A stretch of 33,128 bases of DNA from Pirellulales bacterium (GTDB lineage: Bacteria > Planctomycetota > Planctomycetia > Pirellulales > PALSA-1355), in contig JBBDYK010000203.1 of NCBI GenBank assembly GCA_040901665.1, positions 1 through 33,128 of the forward strand, in the 5' to 3' direction. How positions within the stretch are numbered: the stretch's first letter is position 1; the number at the start of each line of letters is the position of its first letter. The notes below the pieces were generated by a model. It was given only the letters and a program-made list of their open reading frames with translations, was not told the DNA's origin and made no database searches. Below are positions 25,789 through 33,128 of this stretch, one piece after another. The translations under genes were made by a program, and so were the position numbers.

Positions 25789-26655
25789 GTGGATTTGATC
25801 TATCGCTTTGATCCATTTCAGCCGATCTCGGTGAGCCGCCCAAGCAGCGCCGAGTCGGCCATCGAGGCGCTGTTGACTGGAAACCTGCGACTCGTGTCGT
25901 CGATTCAGCGGATGCAACAGGCCACGATGGACGGCAAAGTCGACGCGGAACCGACAGTCGTGCCGATCGATCTGTTTTCCTTGGGCCTGCCGCTGTTCAA
26001 GGGCATCACGCCCGACCAACTGCCGTACGCGTTGGTGCTGGGATGTTCCGATGCTCGCGTGCCGATCGAGTGGGTGTTCGATCAGGGCTTCAACGATCTG
26101 TTCGTGGTGCGCATCGCCGGCAACGTGGTGGGCGCCGACTGTATCGGCAGTTTTCAGTACGCAGTGCGGCACTTGGGAAAAAGCGTGCAGACGGTCGTCG
26201 TCTTGGGACACACGAGTTGCGGGGCAGTGACGGCGGCTGTCGACGCCTACCTGAGTCCCTCGGATTACGCCAACATCGCCTTCAGCCACTCGCTGCGATT
26301 GCTGGTCGATCGCGTCATGATCGTTGTCCGCGGTATGGCCAACGCCATCAAACAGCACTACGGGCACGAGATTACGACCCACCCGAACTACCGTGCGGCG
26401 CTCATCGAGGCGACCGTCTATCAAAACGCCGCCATTACGGCGTTCGACCTGAAGCGCGAACTATTCGCAAATCACGTACTTCCGCTCAACGTGGTCTATG
26501 GCGTGTGCAACGTCGGCACGATGCTGGTCACTTCGCTTCCCGAGACAGCCACGACGACGGAGCCCGGGCTGAAAAAGGCGCCCGAGCGAGCGGACGAGAT
26601 CGGACCGCTCGGCGAGCAGATCGTGCAGGCGCTGGCGGCCACGGAGATTTTCTAG
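25789..26655 (+). CDS. Beta-class carbonic anhydrase
   Basis: GTG start after GAGG; L..GN.R, DQLP, GCSDARVP (Cys 26044), DLFVVRIAGN and GHTSCGAV (26209-26220); no signal peptide. Confidence 0.92.
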   Translation: MDLIYRFDPFQPISVSRPSSAESAIEALLTGNLRLVSSIQRMQQATMDGKVDAEPTVVPIDLFSLGLPLFKGITPDQLPYALVLGCSDARVPIEWVFDQGFNDLFVVRIAGNVVGADCIGSFQYAVRHLGKSVQTVVVLGHTSCGAVTAAVDAYLSPSDYANIAFSHSLRLLVDRVMIVVRGMANAIKQHYGHEITTHPNYRAALIEATVYQNAAITAFDLKRELFANHVLPLNVVYGVCNVGTMLVTSLPETATTTEPGLKKAPERADEIGPLGEQIVQALAATEIF

Positions 26656-26725
26656 CACCTGCTGAAAAGTCGCTTGGGACCGTTCGACGCCCCTGGTTGA
26701 TGCCACAACCCGCAAGGAACTAGCG

Positions 26726-27010
26726 ATGGATTCGACGACCCTATTGCTCATTGCCATACTCGTGCTCGTGCTCCTATCCTTGTTCGTGCGCGGAGGTGGC
26801 GGCGATGTGACTCGCCTGCGCGCCTTGGAGCGGAAGATGGACTTGATCTTGAACCAACTGGGAGTCGATCCGAACCAAGGACTCGACGACGAGATCAAGC
26901 ATCTCGCGCAGTCGGGCCAAAAGATTGAGGCCATCAAGCTCTATCGCTTGAAATCGGGCGCGGGCCTCAAGGACGCCAAGGAGTACATCGAGCAGCATTA
27001 CGGCATCTGA
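26726..27010 (+). CDS. Small membrane-anchored protein with ribosomal L7/L12 C-terminal-like domain
   Basis: AAGGA SD; N-terminal TM helix; LERKMDLIL coiled segment; GQKIEAIKLYR..SGAGLKDAKEYIE. Confidence 0.75.
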   Translation: MDSTTLLLIAILVLVLLSLFVRGGGGDVTRLRALERKMDLILNQLGVDPNQGLDDEIKHLAQSGQKIEAIKLYRLKSGAGLKDAKEYIEQHYGI

Positions 27011-27070
27011 ACTCCCATGCCGAGCCATCGAGCGCCGGGCTGCCGGACCCAGGGACCCGAGAGTCTGGAA

Positions 27071-27101
27071 TTGAAAAACCGGTCGGCAAGTGGTCTACTT
27101 T
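27071..27101 (+). promoter_or_regulatory. Possible sigma70 promoter of ileS-purN
   Basis: TTGAAA at 27071-27076 with -10 candidates TCTACT (17-nt spacer) or TACTTT (19-nt spacer), about 40 nt before the ileS ATG. Confidence 0.35.
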
Positions 27102-27142
27102 GAGTTTCGCCATCACCGCGACCCGCTGGTTTATCAGGACTT

Positions 27143-30100
27143 ATGGCGTTTCGACCCGTTGATGCCTCGATCAAGTTCCCGGCGCTCGAAGCCGGCATCG
27201 CCGACTTCTGGAAGCAGGAAAAGATCTATCAGAAGTCGCTGGCCCAGCGCGCTGGTGCACGCCGCTTCGTATTCTACGAAGGACCACCGACGGCAAACGG
27301 CCTGCCGCATCCGGGACACTGCCTGACGCGGGCCATCAAGGACCTCTTCCCGCGCTACAAGACCATGCGCGGCTATCTTTGCCAGCGCAAGGCCGGCTGG
27401 GACACTCACGGGCTGCCGGTCGAGGTGGAAGTGTCCAAGGAACTGGGCATCCACTCCAAGGAAGAAATCGAACGCTACGGCGTCGAACCCTTCATCCACC
27501 AGTGTTTGGAAAGCGTGTTTCGCTATACCCAACAATGGGAGCGCGTCACCGAGCGGCTGGCATTCTGGATCGATCTGGAAGACGCCTATGTGACCTATCA
27601 CCAGAGCTTCATCGAAAGCGTGTGGTGGGCGCTGAAGAATCTGTTCGATCGCGGGCTGCTGTACCAGGGACATAAGATCGTCTGGTGGTGGGCCCAAGGC
27701 GGAACGGCGCTCAGCTCAGGAGAAGTCGGCCAAGGCTATCGCGAAGTGGCCGACCCCAGCGTGTACGTGCGGTTTCCACTGGTCGATGACCCCGACACGG
27801 CGCTTTTGGTTTGGACCACTACGCCGTGGACGCTGCCCAGTAACCAGTTTGCCGCCGTGCATCCAGAACTCGTGTATTCGATCATCGAGGAAGAAGGCGG
27901 CCGCAAGCTGATCGTGGCCTCGGCATTGGTCGAGCAGGTCGCGGCAAAAGCGGTGGGCGACGCGCCGCTAAAAGTCGTCGCCACGATCATCGGCTCCAAA
28001 CTGGTAGGCAAGCGATACGTGCCACCGTTTGACTATTATTACAAAGCACTTGGTGACAGGACCGGCACGCTCACGGCCGGCGGCAAGCAACACGTCGCAT
28101 GGCGAGTGGTGCCGGCCAAGTTCGTCACGACCGACAGCGGCACCGGCGTGGTCCATCAGGCGCCGGCCTTTGGCGAAGTGGACTACGACGTACTGATCGA
28201 GGAGCAAGGACGCTTTGCTCCGGGCGAAGGCCCCGAGTTGATCTGCTCCGTCGGACCGGACGGCAAGTTCACGGCCGAGGCGCCCGATTATGCGGGCCGC
28301 TGGGTCAAGGAAGCCGACAAGGACATCACCCGCGAGCTGCGTCGTCGCGGTCTGCTGTTCCATTTGGAGCAGTATCTGCACGAGTATCCGTTTTGCTGGC
28401 GGGCCGACGAGGACCCCTTGATCCAGTATCCGCGACAAAGCTGGTTCATCCGCACCACGCAGTTCAAAGACCGCATGCTGGCAAACAACCAGCAAATCAA
28501 TTGGCTGCCGGAACACATCAAGGACGGCCGCTTCGGCAACTTCCTGGAGACGAACGTCGATTGGGCCTTGTCGCGCGAGCGCTACTGGGGCACGCCGTTG
28601 CCAATCTGGGTGTGCAGCGTGACCGGTCGCGCCGAAGCGATCTCCAGCTACGACGAACTGTTGGCCAAGCCGGGTGTGACCGGCACCGAGGTCTGGCAGC
28701 GCGCCAAGCAAGCCAAGCCCGAGCTGTCAGATCATCTGAAGGTACACAAGCCGTACATCGACGCGATCAACTACACGTCGCCCTTCGACAGCCAAGGCAC
28801 GATGCGGCGCGTGCCGGAAGTGATCGATGGCTGGTTTGACTCGGGCGCGATGCCGTTTGCCCAGTGGGGCTATCCGCACCAGGGTCGCGAGAAGTTCGCC
28901 GAATTGTTCCCTGCCGATTTCATCAGCGAGGCCATCGATCAGACGCGGGGCTGGTTTTACAGCCAGTTGGCAATCAGCACCCTGTTATTCGGTGATGAGT
29001 CGTCGAACGATCCCGATCGGCCGTTCACGGCATTTCCGCATCCGTTCAGAAACTGCATCGTGCTAGGTCTGATGCTGGGCGAGGACGGCCAGAAGATGTC
29101 CAAGAGCAAGCGGAACTATCGCGAGCCGAACGAGATCTTCGATCGCTACGGGGCCGACGCGCTGCGCTGGTTCTTCTTCGCACAACAGCCGCCCTGGACC
29201 ACCATCCGCTACAACGAGCAGGCGATCAAGGACAGCATTCCCGAATTCCTGCTGCGACTGTGGAACGTCTACAGCTTTTTCGTGATCTACGCCTCGATCG
29301 ACGGCTTCGATCCCGGCGCTCAACTTGGCGGAAAGCTCGATCAACTGACGCCGGCCGAGTTGGCGCAGGTCAAGACTTATCGCCCGATTGCCGCGCGCGC
29401 CGAGCTCGATCGTTGGATCCTCTCCGAACTGAATGCCACGGTGGCCGCGGTCATCGAGCACATGGATGCCTATGACAATTTTGCCGCTTGCGGGCGGATC
29501 ACCTCCTTTGTCGACGCGCTGAGCAATTGGTACGTGCGTCGCAGCCGCGACCGATTCTGGAGCGAGGACAAATCGGCGCCCGACAAGCTAGACGCCTATT
29601 GGACGCTGTACGAATGCCTGCTGACCACGGCCAAGTTGGCGGCGCCGTTCGTGCCGTTCGTGTCCGATGCAATCTGGCAGAACCTGGCGGTCGCCGAAGC
29701 TGGCGGTTCAGTGCGCCAGAGCGTGCACCTGTGCGATTTTCCGGAACCAGATAACGCGGTCATCGACGAAGCTCTGTCGGAACGAATGAACCTGGTGCGC
29801 GAAATCGTTTCGCTGGGCCGGGCAGCGCGCATGGGCGCCAAGCTGAAGGTCCGGCAACCGCTGGCCAAGGTGGAGGTGATCTTGGCTGCCACCCAGCATC
29901 GAGCCTGGTTGCAGGAGCACGCCGCGCTGATCACCCAAGAATTGAACGTCAAGGCGGTCGAGTACGCGGAGAGGGCCGATCAGTACATCACCTACACGGT
30001 GCTGCCGGACCTCAAGCGACTTGGCCCGCGGCTCGGCAAGCAATTGCCGGAAGCGAAGCAGGCGCTGGCGCAAGCCGACGCGTCTGCACTTTTGGCGCGA

Positions 30101-30526
30101 TTGGAGGCCGACAAGCAAATCACGCTCGTGCTCAAGTCTGGACCGGTCATACTGGACGCGCTCGACTTGCAGATTCGCTTACAGGCCAAACAGGGTTGGG
30201 CCGCGGCGCAAGGCGCCGTCTGCGTGGTGGTGCTCTCCACCGAGTTGGACGAGACGCTGCTGGCCGAGGGCCTGGCGCGCGAAGTGGTCCATGCGATCCA
30301 GACGTTGCGGAAAGAGAAGAATTGCGAGTACACCGACCGCATCGTCGTCGGTATCGAGACGGATGATGCCGCGCTGTGCGATGCGATTGAGCGTTTTCTC
30401 TCGTACATTCAGAGCGAAACCCTGGCGGTGCGAATTGAGTTCGGCGCCCCGGCGGGTGTCGAGCCGATCGAAATCAAGTTGGGCAGTGCCACGGCAAAGA
30501 TCTTCATCCAGGTGGTGCCCGCGTGA
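27143..30526 (+). CDS. ileS: Isoleucine--tRNA ligase, type 2 (IleRS2)
   Basis: [78 protein letters not shown] and KMSKS; long C-terminus (EGLARE....IQ..RK) lacking the IleRS1 zinc finger. Confidence 0.97.
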   Translation: MAFRPVDASIKFPALEAGIADFWKQEKIYQKSLAQRAGARRFVFYEGPPTANGLPHPGHCLTRAIKDLFPRYKTMRGYLCQRKAGWDTHGLPVEVEVSKELGIHSKEEIERYGVEPFIHQCLESVFRYTQQWERVTERLAFWIDLEDAYVTYHQSFIESVWWALKNLFDRGLLYQGHKIVWWWAQGGTALSSGEVGQGYREVADPSVYVRFPLVDDPDTALLVWTTTPWTLPSNQFAAVHPELVYSIIEEEGGRKLIVASALVEQVAAKAVGDAPLKVVATIIGSKLVGKRYVPPFDYYYKALGDRTGTLTAGGKQHVAWRVVPAKFVTTDSGTGVVHQAPAFGEVDYDVLIEEQGRFAPGEGPELICSVGPDGKFTAEAPDYAGRWVKEADKDITRELRRRGLLFHLEQYLHEYPFCWRADEDPLIQYPRQSWFIRTTQFKDRMLANNQQINWLPEHIKDGRFGNFLETNVDWALSRERYWGTPLPIWVCSVTGRAEAISSYDELLAKPGVTGTEVWQRAKQAKPELSDHLKVHKPYIDAINYTSPFDSQGTMRRVPEVIDGWFDSGAMPFAQWGYPHQGREKFAELFPADFISEAIDQTRGWFYSQLAISTLLFGDESSNDPDRPFTAFPHPFRNCIVLGLMLGEDGQKMSKSKRNYREPNEIFDRYGADALRWFFFAQQPPWTTIRYNEQAIKDSIPEFLLRLWNVYSFFVIYASIDGFDPGAQLGGKLDQLTPAELAQVKTYRPIAARAELDRWILSELNATVAAVIEHMDAYDNFAACGRITSFVDALSNWYVRRSRDRFWSEDKSAPDKLDAYWTLYECLLTTAKLAAPFVPFVSDAIWQNLAVAEAGGSVRQSVHLCDFPEPDNAVIDEALSERMNLVREIVSLGRAARMGAKLKVRQPLAKVEVILAATQHRAWLQEHAALITQELNVKAVEYAERADQYITYTVLPDLKRLGPRLGKQLPEAKQALAQADASALLARLEADKQITLVLKSGPVILDALDLQIRLQAKQGWAAAQGAVCVVVLSTELDETLLAEGLAREVVHAIQTLRKEKNCEYTDRIVVGIETDDAALCDAIERFLSYIQSETLAVRIEFGAPAGVEPIEIKLGSATAKIFIQVVPA

Positions 30527-31164
30527 GCGATTCGCATCCTCAAGGCGCGCCGCCGATGCGGTTGGTGGTGCTCATCTCCGGTGGAGGCACGACCCTTAAG
30601 AACCTGCTGGCGAAGATCGCCGCAGGACAACTTTCGGCCGAAATCGTACTTGTAATCTCCAGCACGTCGAAGGCCGCCGGGCTGGCGGTCGCCCAGCAAG
30701 CCGGCATTCCCACGCAAGTGATCGGCCGCAAACATTTCGCGACGCCCGAGGCGCACAGCGAAGCCGTGTTTGGCGCGTGCCGGGCCGCCGCTTGCCAGTG
30801 GGTGGTAATGGGCGGATATCTGACCCACGTGTTGATTCCGCCCGATTTCGAGAACCGGGTGCTCAACATTCACCCGGCCTTGATTCCCGCCTTCTGCGGC
30901 AAGGGGTTTTACGGCGGCCACGTACACGAGGCCGTGCTGGAGTACGGTTCTAAGATCAGCGGCTGCACGGTGCACTTTGTCGACAACGAGTACGATCACG
31001 GGCCAATCATCTTGCAAATAGTCGTGCCGGTGTTGGACGACGACACGCCGGAGGCGCTCGCCGCGCGCGTGTTTCAAGCCGAGTGCGAAGCCTATCCCGA
31101 GGCACTAAGGCGGCTGGCCCACGGCAAAGTGACCGTCGATGGTCGGCGGGTGAAGTTCGGCTAA
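30523..31164 (+). CDS. purN: Phosphoribosylglycinamide formyltransferase
   Basis: [39 protein letters not shown] and LAARV...E...YP; GTGA overlap with ileS. Confidence 0.95.
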   Translation: MSDSHPQGAPPMRLVVLISGGGTTLKNLLAKIAAGQLSAEIVLVISSTSKAAGLAVAQQAGIPTQVIGRKHFATPEAHSEAVFGACRAAACQWVVMGGYLTHVLIPPDFENRVLNIHPALIPAFCGKGFYGGHVHEAVLEYGSKISGCTVHFVDNEYDHGPIILQIVVPVLDDDTPEALAARVFQAECEAYPEALRRLAHGKVTVDGRRVKFG

Positions 31165-31670
31165 CCAGCCTGGACCTGCTCGTAGCCAAGCGCCGCGTAG
31201 AGCTTTGCTGCCTCTTGCCAGCCGCTGTGCGTTTCTAGCCAAACTTGTCGCTGGCCGGCACGCCACACGGCGGATTCGACGGTGGCCACCAGCATGCGAC
31301 CAAGCCCGTGTCGCCGGAAGCCGGGCGCAACGGCCAGCCAGTGGATCACCGGCTTCTCGTCCGGCGACGCACCGCGTCGCGCCAGCGTGATGGTGCCGAC
31401 CGGCTCGCAGGAAGCCGACGGCATTCGCCGCGTCTCGGCGAACCACATGGCGTCGTGCCGCCACCAAGGCTTTTCCAGAAACTCGCGAGCAAAGTCACGC
31501 TCGTCCCAAGCGCCCACGCCAAGCCGCTGCCTGGCAAACGCCCGGCGGCGCAAATCGAGCCACACGGCGATGTCCTCTGGCCCGGCGTAGTGTCGTAGCC
31601 GGATTCCGTCAATTTCCGGCACGAAGGGAGCCTCAACGAGGCGGCGCGTGAGCTGGAGAATGGGGTTCAT
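31161..31670 (-). CDS. GNAT family N-acetyltransferase
   Basis: Likely start MNPILQL (31670); IHWLAV.P.FRRHGLGRML (motif A) and A.KLY..LGY. Confidence 0.85.
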   Translation of the reverse strand: MNPILQLTRRLVEAPFVPEIDGIRLRHYAGPEDIAVWLDLRRRAFARQRLGVGAWDERDFAREFLEKPWWRHDAMWFAETRRMPSASCEPVGTITLARRGASPDEKPVIHWLAVAPGFRRHGLGRMLVATVESAVWRAGQRQVWLETHSGWQEAAKLYAALGYEQVQAG

Positions 31671-31810
31671 GGCCCCATTGTTGCCATTTTTGCTGGCATG
31701 GGACCAGTAGCTGGCAACAAAGGCCCATTGGCGTGGAAGAGGATTGCGAACTTGTAAACCGTTCCATACCAGTCGCTTAGGTCTTTCCATCGGCCGCAAG
31801 ATCGGAATTG

Positions 31811-31819
31811 TGATAGAAT
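31811..31819 (+). promoter_or_regulatory. Extended -10 promoter (TGa-TAGAAT) for the deoR-pduL operon
   Basis: TGATAGAAT in an AT-rich intergenic stretch about 100 nt upstream of GTG 31921. Confidence 0.5.
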
Positions 31820-31836
31820 TTCGTCATCACATCTCC

Positions 31837-31862
31837 ATGAGTGATTGTTTTTCGTCACTCAT
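31837..31862. promoter_or_regulatory. Inverted repeat ATGAGTGA-N10-TCACTCAT, putative repressor operator
   Basis: Perfect 8-bp AT-rich inverted repeat just downstream of the -10 element and upstream of a DeoR gene. Confidence 0.55.
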
Positions 31863-31920
31863 ATGCTCATACTCGCTAGAGTTGTTGCAAACAGGATTCA
31901 CCGCCACAGGCGCTTTGCCG

Positions 31921-32682
31921 GTGCTCGTCGAAGAACGTCGCAGCCAGTTGCTGGAGTTGGTTCGCTCGCGCGGCTTTGCTTCGCTGCCGGATCTGGCGGA
32001 GCAACTGAACGTCTCGGAGTCGACGGTCCGCCGAGATCTCGACTTTCTGGAAGAGGTCGGCACGGCCAAGCGGACGCACGGCGGCGTGTTTTACACCGGT
32101 CCCTCGCCGAAGCTGCCGCACTTCGACGAGCGGCAACCGGCGCAGTGGGACAAGAAGCGCAGAATCGCGCAAGAGGCGGTGAAGCTGATCGAAGATGGCG
32201 ACACCGTGCTGCTGGACGGCGGCAGCACGACCTATGAAGTGGCGCAACTCCTGGTGGGCCGTCCGTTACAAATCGTGACCAATTCCTTGCCGGTGGCCAA
32301 TTTGTTCGCTTCGAACGCCGATCATGACCTGGTGCTGTTGGGCGGATACGTCTATCCGCGGACCGGAGTGGCGCTGGGGCCCTATGCCAACGACATGCTC
32401 GAAAAACTCAGCGTGCGGCGCACCATCATGAGCGTCGCAGGCATCACGGAGCGCGGCTTCTTCAACAGCAACTTGCTGCTGGTCGAGACGGAACGCGCCA
32501 TGATGCGCGCGGCCGACGCAGTGATCGTGGTCGCCGACAGTTCCAAATTCGGCCGCCAGAGCCTGGCGCACTTGTGCGGCCTGGATGAAGTGCAACACCT
32601 GGTCGTGGACGACGGAATACCGTCGGAGTGGCGCAAACGGGTAATCAGCGCCGGCTCGGAACTGCACATTGCCACAGTATAA
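31921..32682 (+). CDS. DeoR/GlpR family transcriptional regulator (PvmR-like)
   Basis: MLVEERR start (GTG); [22 protein letters not shown]...RTHGG; LDGGSTT, VTNS, LLGG and ADSSKFG. Confidence 0.93.
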   Translation: MLVEERRSQLLELVRSRGFASLPDLAEQLNVSESTVRRDLDFLEEVGTAKRTHGGVFYTGPSPKLPHFDERQPAQWDKKRRIAQEAVKLIEDGDTVLLDGGSTTYEVAQLLVGRPLQIVTNSLPVANLFASNADHDLVLLGGYVYPRTGVALGPYANDMLEKLSVRRTIMSVAGITERGFFNSNLLLVETERAMMRAADAVIVVADSSKFGRQSLAHLCGLDEVQHLVVDDGIPSEWRKRVISAGSELHIATV

Positions 32683-32719
32683 GTGGAATCTACCCATCAG
32701 TATCGGACTACGATTGACC

Positions 32720-33128
32720 ATGCCCGCCGTATTGGACCGCTCGACGATTGAACGCATCGTGCGCGACGTGGTCGTTGGCAAGCTTTCGCAGCGAGCCGCA
32801 ACCAACGGCCAGGCGCGTGTGCCCGAGCTCGTCGTGAGCATTTCGGCTCGCCACGTGCACCTCACCGACCAGCACGTGGAAACGTTGTTCGGCCCGGGCA
32901 GCACGCTGACGGAAATGAAGCCGCTTTACCAGGACGGCTTCTACGCGGCGGAAGAAACCGTGATGGTCGTCGGCCCGCGACGGCGGATGCTCCCCAGCGT
33001 GCGCGTGCTGGGACCGACCAGGCCCTATAGCCAGGTGGAATTGGCCTTCACCGACGGCATTTCCCTGGGCATCTACGCGCCGGTTCGCGCCAGCGGGAAA
33101 GTCGAGGGGAGCGCCGGCTGCGTGCTGG
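32720..33128 (+). CDS. pduL: PduL-type phosphotransacylase (partial, runs off window)
   Basis: Not in the ORF track; translated by hand from ATG 32720: [22 protein letters not shown]...[20 protein letters not shown]...[18 protein letters not shown]...[16 protein letters not shown]...LGI.APVR.SG. Confidence 0.92.
   Translation, partial: MPAVLDRSTIERIVRDVVVGKLSQRAATNGQARVPELVVSISARHVHLTDQHVETLFGPGSTLTEMKPLYQDGFYAAEETVMVVGPRRRMLPSVRVLGPTRPYSQVELAFTDGISLGIYAPVRASGKVEGSAGCVL

Noticed and set aside
27011-27142. T-box riboswitch upstream of ileS
   Set aside because: The region is too short, with no T-box consensus or terminator.
19175-33128. DAB + carbonic anhydrase + microcompartment genes as a carboxysome-like CO2-concentrating mechanism
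   Set aside because: No RuBisCO, CsoS2 or CsoSCA in the window; PduL and DeoR mark a catabolic metabolosome; housekeeping ileS-purN separates the loci.

Overview
GC-rich bacterial chromosomal segment with a Planctomycetota (Pirellulales-like) gene repertoire; the taxon is inferred from gene content. Left half: a Zn-dependent glucose dehydrogenase, an EEP-family hydrolase, a membrane protein, an alkyl-sulfatase-type MBL, NHL and PQQ-like propellers, a D-2-hydroxyacid dehydrogenase, a DUF1549/DUF1553 cytochrome plus DUF1501 pair, a FIST protein, and a ~1650-aa multidomain heme/copper protein carrying a circularly permuted F-type (fucose) lectin-like domain. Centre, the most notable part: a translationally coupled three-gene operon of dabA (DUF2309), a truncated NuoL-like dabB and an extra degenerate NuoM-like antiporter subunit, transcribed divergently from an intact-looking cytosolic beta-carbonic anhydrase. 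This looks like an atypical DAB/MpsAB-type inorganic-carbon pump module. Right end: ileS (type 2), purN, a GNAT, then a DeoR regulator and a PduL phosphotransacylase with an encapsulation peptide, running off the window; these look like the start of a PVM-type microcompartment locus. No rRNA, tRNA, CRISPR array or mobile element was recognised.
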